A DNA stretch of 53,595 nucleotides, the filler included, from Jimgerdemannia flammicorona (Eukaryota): NCBI GenBank assembly GCA_003990765.1. It is 3 parts of 3 records of this genome, joined end to end, with 100 filler letters (N's around TTAATTAATTAA, not from the genome) between each part and the next. Parts side by side here need not be neighbours in the genome. Positions count along the whole stretch, not along the records: positions 35,798 to 53,595 come from RBNJ01002403.1; 2 more parts are not named here. One strand, 5' to 3'. The first letter of the stretch is position 1. Each line of letters starts with the position of its first letter. The notes under the pieces were generated by a model. That model searched no databases and had not been told where the DNA came from. It was given only the letters and a program-made list of their open reading frames with translations. The translations under genes and the position numbers were made by a program. This document shows, piece by piece, positions 36,965 to 47,820 of the stretch.

Positions 36965-37240
36965 AGAAGTCAGCCTTTATCACTCTAGAAGGAACCTATG
37001 TCTACCTACAAATACTATTCAGAATGTGTAATGCATCAGTAAGCTTCCAGTAAATGATGAACAAAATCTTCCACTATGATATAAAGATAGATGATGATTT
37101 ATATAGATAATATAATCATCTACAATAAGATAGCAGAAGAATATCTGCAGAAAATTCAGCAGATAATAGAGAAGCTAAGGAAGTATGGTCTATATATCAA
37201 GCCTAAGAAATATAAGTTTACAAATATTGAGATCTCCCAC

Positions 37241-37279
<39 letters not shown>

Positions 37280-37282
37280 CCA

Positions 37283-37320
<38 letters not shown>

Positions 37321-39205
37321 TATTGAGATCTTCTACCTTGGCTATATCATCAACTGAGATAAAATATATATAAACTCTCTCAAGATTCAAGTAGTAGTAA
37401 TATATCTAAGGCCCACTATGGTCACTAAAGCCCAAGCTTTCATGAGACTTATCTTATATTATTGCAAATTTATTAGAGAATTTTCCAATATCACAGATCT
37501 AATCTACAAACTCAATAAGAAGGATATTAAGTTCTAATAGACTGGTAGACAACAAAAAGTATTTAATAAGCTCAAGATCAGACTGACCCAAGCACCCATC
37601 CTCAGAAGACCCAATTGGACTCAAGAATTCATTCTGTAAGATATAAGTATATAAGAACTAGGAATAGTTCTGACTCAGAAGAAAGATAAAAGAGTATATT
37701 ATTATATATCTTAGCTGAGAAACCTGAGGAGCTGAAAAAGAATATGAATCCTATAAGTTAGAATATCTTATAGTTATCTGGGCTGTAGAAAAGTTCTACT
37801 ACTATCTTACCAGAAGATACTTTACCATTCAGACAGACTACTAGCCCTTAATTGACTACTGACTATAGAGCAATATAAAGAAATCTATATCAGATGGATT
37901 ATGAAGTTGTAGGCCTATAACATAACTATTATATACTACCTTAGAAGAACTAATGCTAATGTAGATACTCTCTCATAGATACTCTGAAGGACCCTCAATC
38001 AATAAATCAATAATGAATAAGGAGTTTTACTATAAAATTATCACCTATCCAAGATAGTGAAAGATACTCCAATATCTGAAAGAATGAATACAAAAAATTA
38101 TCAACAAAATATAGAAACAATTCAAAAATAATAGAGAAATATTAAAGAAAGGAAAGCTACTAGTTATATTTGAATATAAGAAGGAGTAAGTAATGAAATC
38201 AGTATATAAACTTAGCTATTTAGGAGGAATAAATATCTATGAAAAAGCAAAAAGAACAATGTGGTGACCAGGAATAGAGAAAGATATTAGACAATTTGTC
38301 AAAACCTATAATAAATACTAAAAACAGAAATAAGACTAATGAAATCAGACCCCAGGCTCAGTATATATAGAACTAGTACTTTTTGTATATATAGTAATAG
38401 ATATAATCAGCTCTCTACCCTTGACTTTGACTAGCAACTAATATATCATTATTACTGTAGACCTTTTTACAAAATGGATAGAGGTAGGACCTCTCAAAGA
38501 GACCAATGCATAGTCAATTACTGATTTTTTCTATAAAGAAATTATTTGCTGATTCAAGACTCCATTACAAATAACTACAGACATAGGAACAGAATTTGTG
38601 AATCAGTTCTTTAAGGTTCTCTATAAGAAGTATAAGATCTAACACATTTGGACTATAGCCTATTACCTTCAAGAAAATGGACAAGCAGAAAGAACAAACA
38701 AGACTCTCAAGAATGTCATCACTAAGATCTATAATAACTATAAAAACTGAGATTACTATCTGCCAATAGTATTATCTACTTTCTAGGATATTTGATTATA
38801 AATTATCTATTTTATTCTTTAAAAAATACTATTCAGGGAAGAAAGTTCCCAAGAAATTCTATTGTCTAATAGAAATGCTATTGGAAGTATATAGATATAG
38901 AGATATGGAGACTATACCAAATCAGAAAGAAGGCTAAGGATTATATAATCAAGATATAGATACTATAATGAAATAATACAGAAAAGGTTTACAAGCCTCT
39001 AGAGGTTATTAAGATATGTAGGAGATAAAGTTCTAATATATTAGAACATAGTAGAAGCTTCATAGTTATAAAAATTAGAGCCTAAGTAGGAAGGACCTTA
39101 TCTTGTATAAGATATAAAAGGAACTACCTTTTGGCTATGAAAACTCTCAAGCACAATCATCCTCACTATCATTCACTGAAACTAACTTAAGAAGTATTAT
39201 AGCTA
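36965..39205 (+). pseudogene. Gypsy pol fragment (RT C-terminal half, RNase H, integrase), heavily mutated
   Basis: 'KSAFIT', 'IYIDNIIIY', 'LTQAPILRRPNW', 'IWAVEKF', 'NANVDTLS', 'WW.PGI.KDI', 'VDLFTKWIE', 'TDIGTEFVN', 'NGQAERTN', 'EGPYLV'. No chromodomain seen after GPY. Confidence 0.92.
37236..37318 (+). mobile_element. Tail-only LINE-type insertion (CCCACTAT plus about 75 nt of interrupted poly(A))
   Basis: Flanked by the direct repeat ATATTGAGATCT (37224-37235 and 37320-37331). ACTAT(A)n equals the 3' terminus of the LINE family in this window. Confidence 0.8.
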
Positions 39206-39249
39206 ATTAATAGAATATTACTACAGCTCTCAAGATCACCAGTACTGTA

Positions 39250-39700
39250 CAATGAGCTATAAAAAGACAATGGTGTACTACTGAGCCATCCATAATAGAG
39301 GAATCCTTTGATAGTATTCAGAGTATAGTACAGATATACTTGTTATAAATTTTACATTTCAAGGTCTATCAGAACTAGACTGAGTTTCAAGAATACTTCA
39401 AGTTAGGATAGCTACTAAGCTCATAGTCAGAGATAGAAAAAGAAGACTGAATTAGAGAGTGCCAACTCTCTTATACTCAAATCACTATTATCAAATAGAT
39501 TAATAAGTTATTCAAAGATAATAAGACAGCTCTAGCTCATTTCTGAGAAGTAGTTCCAGAAGACTTTAGATATATTAAGAGATACTATTAGAAGAATATA
39601 ATAATACAAATTATATAGTACTAAGAGATACAACTTGTAGAAGCTTTGGAGTTTGAATAAATAGGATGTTTCAGAGATAAATTACCTATTTAAGAAAAAG
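39250..39700 (+). pseudogene. Divergent ORF3 homologue downstream of the integrase
   Basis: 'EFQEYFKLG*LL...IK*INKLFKDNKTALAHF*EVVPEDF' parallels the EYEIG..L / K+YQ+F / AI.NL / DF pattern. Weaker match than the other copies. Confidence 0.5.
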
Positions 39701-40249
39701 TTATGATAGTTGATCTAAATTAGGAATATGAATTTGAAAAATAGATATTTGATTACAATATCTGAATATGAATCCCAAATATAGTATAGCCTTATAAATA
39801 ACAGTTATTTTACAAATATAGAAACTTTGATAAATGTTAAATTTTTTACAAATATTGATATTAAAGAATAATACTTATAAAAAGTAACTTACAGAAAATA
39901 TAGTTATAACTTAGTTACCTTATAGCTAGTAAACTTATATAAATATCTCCAGTATCTAGAGTGAATAAATCTCAGATCAAAATAGTTCAAAGCAAAGAGA
40001 AAGTAAGAGAACTAGTAAGCCTGTAGGCAGATATACTTTAAACTCACCCACTATATTCTAAGGACTTTATAGAGTTAAAGAAGATCAAGTTTTCAAGATA
40101 CAGAAATCTGATATACTTACCCAGTTATATATATATAACTGACAGAGTAGTGGGTGGTCATAGTAGCTCCCATAGGTACTTTGATAGTAATGAGTAATCC
40201 TTTGAAGATTTCTATAAGACTCATTAGATAGTCTTAATAGTTATCTCAG

Positions 40250-40700
40250 AGAGGGGTGGTATGAAAGTCTGGCAGAGTGGATTCAGTTTATAGTTTATTG
40301 ACTTCTTATAGTAATATAGTTGCTCCCAATATAATTAGTGACTTCAGCTTCTATCCAATTGATTTTTTTAGTAGTAAGATAGACTATATTTCTAATAGTA
40401 ACTTCTTATAAGTGAGCTATAGTCTAGGGTATATGACAGGAGATTTGGTGGACACAAAGGGCTCTCTTGATTGGCCAATTGGTAGTTAATAGTTCAGCAA
40501 TAAGATCTTCCTGATTATCTTCTTAGGTTTCATTATAAAGGTAGTATCTAATTTCATAGTCATACTAGAGAGTTATTTAGTAGTAGTGTTCTTGAGTTGC
40601 TGGGTCATTATATAGTGGTAGTTGATGAAATGTCCAAAGTCTTCAGTATAGAAGTTTAGATACTCAGTAGTATCAGAGTACCAGATAGCCATTTTGATGA
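40250..40700 (-). pseudogene. ORF3 homologue, fourth copy
   Basis: 'YLNFYTEDFGHFINYH...YDYEIRYYL...KRALCVHQISCHIP*TIAHL*EVTIRNI...INWIEAEV' aligns with 18504-19323. Confidence 0.7.
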
Positions 40701-41597
40701 CTTAGAGGATAAAACTCTTCAGACTTAATAAAGAAGTACTATAATGGGAAGTCTGGTTAGAGTGACAGAAAGGAGGAATTGTGTTCTTATTTGTTTTGAT
40801 TCTTCTTGATACACCAGATCTAGATTCTTTAAATAATATGGCTTTCATTTTAGCTCAGATTATTATTACTCCTTTTGGTCAGATAATCTGATAGATTAGA
40901 TGAGTTATCAGATAGTATTATCTGGTTATCATCTAATCAAGATGATTATAAGATCTGTTGTCATTACTTCCTTATTTCAGTATTGTTAGTTATACATATT
41001 ATACTATATTCTTCAATATAATAATATAAATATTTTATAAATATTTTACTAAATTATGAGATTATATTATAGAATATATAATATAAACATTACAAATATT
41101 TTACTGAATTATGAGATTACATCATCTGATATAGTATGTTATGAAATTTGAATCTATAGATTTGAATCTTGTAATATACTATATATATTCTCTGATATGA
41201 TGATATAAATAATATAGATATTTTACCAAATTACAAGATTATATCACCTAATAAGTAGAATATTTACCCCAATCTACCAGATCCTGTGTAATAGTATAGT
41301 CAGTACTAAAGTTACTTATGATAATTAATAGATATTCATATCTCTAACAACTAACTATGATGAGAAAAATTTTATATATAAATATATCATATATTAATAT
41401 TTATTTCATCAATATTTTCAGTATACATATAAAAACAATATCAGGAGAGTTTTAAAATATGAGGATATATTGTAAAATTATTTATTTATTATCACATATA
41501 TCTTATATTATCTGAATTATATTAAGTTTAAATTATATTTAAATTTGATCATATAATAATGTATATATATTTGGAAAAAAGAGAGCTATACTACAAT

Positions 41598-41940
41598 TAG
41601 TGCTCTGAATGAGCCAATTTGAATCAAATCCGGATTTGATTCATCACATGACAGTTCGATCCAAATCTCAAATCTGAAGCCATCCGAATCAACTTGGATT
41701 AATCTGAATTGCCCCATCCGAATTACCCCATCCAAATCACTCATCCAAACTACCCCAATCCAAATCACTCAATCTGAATCACTCAATCTAAATCACTCAA
41801 TCTGAATCACTCAATCCAAATCACTCAATCTGAATCCTCCAATTCGAATCCTCCAATTCGAATCTTTCAATTCGAATCCTCCAATCTGAATCCTCATCTG
41901 AATCCATCAACTGAATCCTCCAATCCAAATCCTCCACATG
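41598..41940 (+). repeat. hAT left TIR and subterminal (GAATC/AATCC)n repeats
   Basis: Begins TAGTGCTCTGAATGAGCCAAT, nearly identical to the MITE TIR at 2843. Followed by ~14-bp ATCTGAATCACTCA-type repeats. Confidence 0.88.
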
Positions 41941-42059
41941 ACTCATATGCCAGACATGTCCACAACATATTATACACACACACATATACAACACACACAT
42001 ACACACACACATGCACACACAAATATACAAACACATATATTGACAGATCAGTCTTCAAC

Positions 42060-44584
42060 AGTTCACAGTATTGATGATGCTTCAAGTCAAATATCCCTGA
42101 TAGTTCCACACCTTCCATGCAATCCTCACTCCAAAATCTGGCAACATTGTGCTAAGATAGAAGATGATATTGTTTGTAATTATTGCAGGTAAAAAATTAA
42201 GATACACCTATTGACTTGTTTGACACACACATGATATTGTTTCATCCACCCCCATAAACTGCATCAGCCAGAAGTTCAAAATGCTTAGTGGTACAACCTT
42301 GAACATGAATCGACACATAAAAGACAAGTACTCTGACAAAATCAAAAAGAACACAGAGACAAGTAAAATCGACATCCAAGCTGTGGTGGGTATGTTTATC
42401 CGATTGCCCAACCATTTCTATACTAACAACACCATTTAATCAAAAATATTTAGCCATACTCTTTGGCAGAATTTCAAAATTGGCTCATTTGCTAGATTGT
42501 GTATACAGACCAGCCATTCACAACCATCGAGAGTGATCAATTGCATAGTATCTTTGGTCTTCTCAAGTATGATTTATATTTGCCAAGTGCTGATACTATT
42601 CATAAAGATGTCCTGGAGGCCTATAGGAAGGAGCACAACAATCTCTGCCAGATACTTCAGGTAAAATAAGGACAGCACTATGACCTTTGCAAGCTGAATT
42701 ATATAAAAGAGCTCACCAATTTAACCTTATATTCAATAAGCAGAATTTGGCAGGCAAAATTTCGTTTACGATTGACACATGGACATCCCCCAATGCAATT
42801 TTGTTTCTGGGCATTACCAGTCATTAGATTGACCTCGATTGGCAGCTTAAATATCTCACCCTTGACTTTGTCAAACTTGCTGGCTCTCATTCTGGAGACA
42901 ATATCGCAGATACTTTTATTAGTTGTATCTGGGAGCTTGGGATCACAACCAAGGTAAAAAAAGGAGGGCTTACTATCAGATCAGCATTTTGAGAGAGGTC
43001 CTTAAACAGAACAGATTTTGTTGGTTATTTATTTTCACATAATTCACTAACCAAATATTTCAAGTACAGATTTTGGCCATTACAACGGACAATGCAACAA
43101 ACAACTCAACATTTTTCCAAGTTTTAGCAGCCAGCCTTAAATAGGAAAACATGGCCTTTGGTGCAGAAAGCTGCCATGTGTGATGTTAGGCCCATGTACT
43201 GAACCTTGCTATTTAGGACTATCTTATGCATGTAGACAAAACATCTGAGAGAGGAGGGGCCCTGAGTATAATTTCCAAGCTGCGCAAACTGGTTGTATCA
43301 GTCTGATCATCTCTACAATGATGAGACAAATTTGCTATGCAGTGTAGAACAATCAGTTTAGCCCTGAAAGAGCTTATATTGGACATCTGTACATGTTGAA
43401 ACTTAACATTTGCAATGATCCAGCATGCACTGGAGTTTGCTGTGATATATATTCTTTTTTTCTTCAGTCAGCTGCAGCAACTGTTTCGGATGATGGAAGA
43501 TTTATTTTAAAAAAAGCCAATAGATTCAATGATAGCTGCCAACAAAGAAATATAGGCCAAGGCTCTAGGTGAAAGTGAGTGGGACATACTTAGGAATGTT
43601 GTCAGAGTTTTGGAAGTAAGTAGTGGTTGCTCTGGCTCTACACTCATTTTATCTGCCTCTGCACAATGCAATACCTCACCACATATAACTGCCAGTGTTT
43701 TGACGATTGTATGAAGGATATAGTCAAACAAATGACCCCAACAATAAGCTCTGTGATACCAGTATACAACCTTCTGATTGACCAGCTAGAGGACAAGCTC
43801 AAGGATAGGCTGGAGGATTGTGGTGATTTACAGTTAAGCCTAGATCAGAGAGACACCATAGAGGTTACTCTAAGCAAGCTCAGGAAATACTACTCCCAAA
43901 CAGATACCACCGTATACTCAATCAGTACAGGTATGTCAATGTCGGCATGTGGCCATTGCCCCTTCCAAAACAGAGGAAACCCCACAAAAACTCACTCTCC
44001 TTTTCTTCAAACAGTGCTGGACCCATGCTTAAAGCTACAATACAAAAAGATTAGGGCTGGGAGTAGCACTTCATTGAGAGAACCAAGCAGGCTGTAATTG
44101 AAGTATGTATACTGGAAAAACTTCGCACTGCCGCAAGGTTCCAGCTGAAGTCCAGACGAATATGCCAAGAGTTTCCTCCTGTCCTACATTTATTTCAGCA
44201 GAAAGAGGAAGAGGGAGCCATCAGTGAAAGAGCTGCCGTCAATAGACGAACTCACTATTTACCTCACCAGCGACCACATAATCCTACTGGAGGGCATGGA
44301 GGTGCTCAACTGGTGGAAGGTGAGTTATTAGGTAGGTATTGTCAGGTGAGTGTTGGGCCAATTTAACCTACCAATCTAACCACTGCTCTACCCACTAGGG
44401 CATACAGCTGTGTCAAACAGACTTCCCTAGCCTGTGTGGTATGGCTCAGGACTACCTGGCAGTTCCTGCCTCCAGCGCTCCTGTCGAGTGGGTGTTCTCA
44501 GGTGGGGTAGACCTCGTTGCCCCAAAGAGGTGTATGCTGAATACTGAGACAATCCGGACATATATGTGTCTGAAGTCTTGGTGA
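42060..44584 (+). pseudogene. hAT DNA transposase (BED zinc finger, DDE core, hATC dimerisation domain), multi-intron, disrupted
   Basis: BED 'SKIWQH...VCNYC|...GTTLNMNRHI'. Core 'DQPFTTIES', 'ISFTIDTWTSPN', 'HSGDNIA', 'ITTDNATNN', 'C*AHVLNL', 'VLDPCLK'. hATC 'LNWWK|...MAQDYLAVPASSAPVEWVFS...MCLKSW*'. GT-AG introns with donors near 42189, 42661, 42953, 43931 and 44320. Confidence 0.93.
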
Positions 44585-44744
44585 GGCTTGGGCCGCTAAA
44601 ATTCAGTAGGTCCACAGATAAGTTGGTTGGCCTTGTGGAATATTTAATATCTTTCAAATTAATACCTTTCAAAATAATAAAAGGAAAAAAAAACCTGAGG
44701 ACTTGGCTCAGAGTTTGTGGCCCAAGTGGGGCAGGGTTGGCGGT

Positions 44745-45200
44745 GGCAGCAGAGGGAGCATGCAATATTTGCAGCCCTCAGCCAGCAGCAAGGAGCAGCC
44801 TCAAGCTGCCAGTATCCAGGTCAGTGAGTGGGTCAATGGGTCAGCAGAGGAAGCATGCAAAATTTGCAGCCCTCCACCAGCAGCAAGGGGCAGCCCCAAG
44901 CTGCAAGTATCTGGGTCAGGGGGGTAGGCGGAGGGAGCATGCAAAATTTGTAGCCCTCTACCAGCAGTGAGGAGCAGCTCCAAGCTGTCAGTGCCCAGGT
45001 CAGTGAGTGGGGTCAGTTGGCAGGTTGGTGGGTGTGGAGTCGGCAGAGGGAGCATGCAAAATTTGCAGTCCTCCACCAGCAGCAAGGGGCAGCCCCAAGC
45101 CACAAGTATCTGGGATGGACAGGGCAGACAGAGGGAGTGTGCAAAATTTGCAGCCCTCCACCAGCGATATAGGGGCAGCCTCAAGCTGCTAAGGAGTCTA
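44745..45200. repeat. Five GC-rich tandem units (84-116 bp) with core GAGGGAGCATGCAAAATTTGCAGCCCTCCACCAGCAG
   Basis: Cores at ~44752, 44847, 44931, 45047 and 45131. Long and short units alternate. The core is an imperfect palindrome (GAGGG..TGCAAAATTTGCA..CCCTC). Confidence 0.9.
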
Positions 45201-45389
45201 GGGCAGAGGGTACTTCTGGTGGTCAGAGGGCATTTCTGGCAGTTAAAGTTGCCGGTTCGGGTCCCACGGGTACCCCAGCCCTGTGCCGCAGCGCTGCACT
45301 GGTGGTACTACAGAGCAGGGCCGAGGGGCTGGTAGAGCCCTGCATAATGGCTAAGCTAGTGCTATATAAGAGGCATCCGGCCCATATAA

Positions 45390-45478
45390 GACTGCCCAAC
45401 CTACACAAAATGGCTGCCTAACCTGTACAAAATGACTGCCTAACCCTTACAAAAGATTGCCTAACCCTCACAAAAACT
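45390..45478. repeat. Four ~22-bp repeats (CTGCCTAACC...CAAAA) abutting the stop codon of the dioxygenase-like gene
   Basis: Read directly from the sequence. Confidence 0.8.
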
Positions 45479-47325
45479 GCTCCACCTGCCAGTCCCAGGC
45501 CTTGATGAGCCTATCATCCATTGTGAGTACGATGACTGTTGTGTCTGAGCTCTCCTCGAAGGTAATAGTGCCATAGTGGTCATGTGGTTAGAATAGGACA
45601 GCCATGTTGGCCGCAAACAGGACCCCAAAACCATAGGTGAGGTCATACTAGACTCTACTGCTATCCTTCCAGATTGGGCCCTTCCTTTCCAGGATGTAAA
45701 ACATTACTGGGGTAACATTGTTGTCTGTGTGTGTGGGCAGAGAAAGATTGTACCCGATGTATCCTGATGTGATGTGAGCATATGGTTGGGTGAACCCTTG
45801 GCCCAGGACCTCATACTGCTAGGCTGTGCTGGTGGATGCCTGCCCCTGGTCCAGCCCCGAGAGCCCTGGCTTAGAAACCTGCTGAAACAGATAGCAACTG
45901 GTCAGTCCTTTTTATGTGCAGGGGGGCAGAAACCCCCTGGGCTGCAGCACTCTGAAAAAGCAGAGCTCCTTACCTCATATGGTATGCTAAATTGCACCAA
46001 GAATGTACATACAGCCATGCCGAGATCACTACTAAGCTGGCCTGCCATATGCTCTACCAATCTGCTCAAAGAACCCCAGATCATAGCCACCATCGCTGCA
46101 CAGGCCGTGTTGTGCTCACGCACAGTTTGCTCTTCAATGGCACTTCTAAAGTTCCAGTAGGGGTACAGAATCTTGTGCATCCCTGGAATTGTATCAAAAA
46201 GAGTATGTCAGCGAAGAGTGTGATTTATCTAGAGAGGGGTTAAAAAAAAAGGGAGACGAGTGCAGGGGATTTCGGAACTCCGGAACCCACTCTTCACTAG
46301 TGTTGCAGTATACCCTTGCTTTTTTCGCCCCCTCTTTCCTGCTACCTGGTATTTGATGCAATCCTCGCAAATCTCATTGATGTGGTAGCAAAGCTCATCA
46401 CTATAGAGGTTTCTTACCATCATCGTAACCATCTCTCTACATTCGTTAATAAAGATATGGTTCTCTTTGTCATTGGTTACTCCTGCTGGCCAATGGACCC
46501 CTTGGTCAAGTATGATTGGCTCTGATTCGAATGTAGACCCCCAAGCCTTGATGATGATGCTAGTACTGCTCATGCTGAACATCTTGCCTTTGAATTTCTC
46601 TATTTGATCAGACACCAGATGTGGTTGAACTTGGGTAACTTTGAACTCTCCTTTCCAATGGAACTGAGCCCTGATCTGAGGGACTGAGATAAGTATGTGG
46701 ACAGGTTGCATGCAGACAGGTTGCATGTAGGTGGGTTGTGTGCAGGCGGGTTGCATGTGGGCAGGTTGCATGTGGGCAGGTTGCGGGTGGGTTGCATGTG
46801 GGTGGGTTGCATGTAGGCGGATTGTGTGTGGGTAGGTTGTATGTGGGCAGGTTGCATGCAGGCGGGTTGCATGTGGGCAGGTTGCATGTGGGTGGGTTGT
46901 GTGTGGGTGGGTTGTGTGTGGGTGTGGGTGTTTTTTAGAGGGAGACCACATAAAAATGAAATTAAATAAAACATGGAGATGGGTATTTCAGAAAAAGAGC
47001 ATGAGTGAGTGAGTGAGTGAGCTGCATGCTGATGAGTTGCACACTGATGAGTTGTATGCCAACAAGTTACACAAGTTGCATAAGATTGCTCACGAAGGCT
47101 TGCTTCTGTTCCTTTTGAGACCTCTGCCATGTGATACATTGACTCAACAGCTCAGCCACCAAAGGCATGCCCTGTAACATCCACCAGCCTTTCTTCATCT
47201 TGACCAGATATTGCAAATAAAGTCAGCAGATCTTGCTGTAGAGCTGTGGACCCTAAGAAAAGCATGAGGTGAATTGGATCATGCTGGAGAAGTTTAAATA
47301 TATGCTCCTTTCTCTGCTACCTTAC
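45468..47325 (-). pseudogene. Spliced gene for a putative TET/JBP-like 2OG-Fe(II) dioxygenase; decayed, upstream part probably cut by LINE copy 5
   Basis: Inferred phase-0 exons 47252-47094, 46675-46346, 46228-45974 and 45881-45468. The last exon reads 'PYAHITSGYIGYNLSLPTHTDNNVTPVMFYIL...DSSRV*YDLTYGFGVLFAANMAVLF*PHDHYGTIT...TVIVLT', with HxD at 45723-45731 and distal H(Y)GT at 45567-45578. 'GKMFSM' lies in the 46675-46346 exon. Confidence 0.68.
46700..46930. repeat. 15-bp minisatellite (GGTTGCATGTGGGCA)n inside an intron
   Basis: About 15 degenerate units between the inferred acceptor at 46676 and donor at 47093. Confidence 0.9.
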
Positions 47326-47820
47326 TGGTCACAAGGTTTGGTAGGTGACCTTCCAAGTCCCCTTTCCCCTATTATTACCCCCTCTACCTCGGGTTGGTTT
47401 GCTGTGCCTGCAGGAGCATGGTGGGAGGAAGGCAATGGTGATGAGTTGCCCCTTTATCGGTGTCAGATCGGTACTTCCTCCACTTTTTCGTGGATTCTGG
47501 TACCTTCAGCTACATCTGGGGTATACCCATTTTGGTGTGGCACCTTCTTCCTTTTGCTGTTGCCAACAAGGAGTTGTCTTGGTGTGTCTTAGACTATGTA
47601 GGGAGTCGGCCGACCTTGGGCATCAAGTGCTTAGTGTAGGTTACCTGCAGGTCCTCAGTGCCTATGGTGGGGCCCTCTGGCTTTGGCGAGCTTCCCGACA
47701 AGTATGGTTCTGGCGTAGGTGACTGCTTCGGATGACACGACCTTTCTCTGATAACATTCAGGTTACACAACCCTTTGGCAACACTTTCGACACAGTTTCT
47801 GGAGAAAAGCTACTAGTATC

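Noticed and set aside
41030..41250. Three AT-rich repeats (ATATTTTAC..AATTATGAGATTA)
   Set aside because: Real but too degenerate to assign. No termini or coding signal.
44745..45200. CRISPR-like look (palindromic repeat with variable intervals)
   Set aside because: The intervals are homologous to each other and alternate, the repeats are degenerate, there are no cas genes, and the context is eukaryotic.
45436..45470. CTAACCCT telomere-like motifs
   Set aside because: Only isolated units within a 22-bp repeat, with no (TTAGGG)n array.
46229..47139. ORFs with HPHAT/QPAHM peptide repeats
   Set aside because: They translate the intronic 15-bp minisatellite. Only 46346-46675 of the 240-aa ORF looks exonic.
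47600..47735. Possible HDV-like ribozyme upstream of LINE copy 5
   Set aside because: I could not form the P1/P2 pairings. The segment lies outside the LINE 5' end defined by three copies and probably belongs to the interrupted minus-strand gene.
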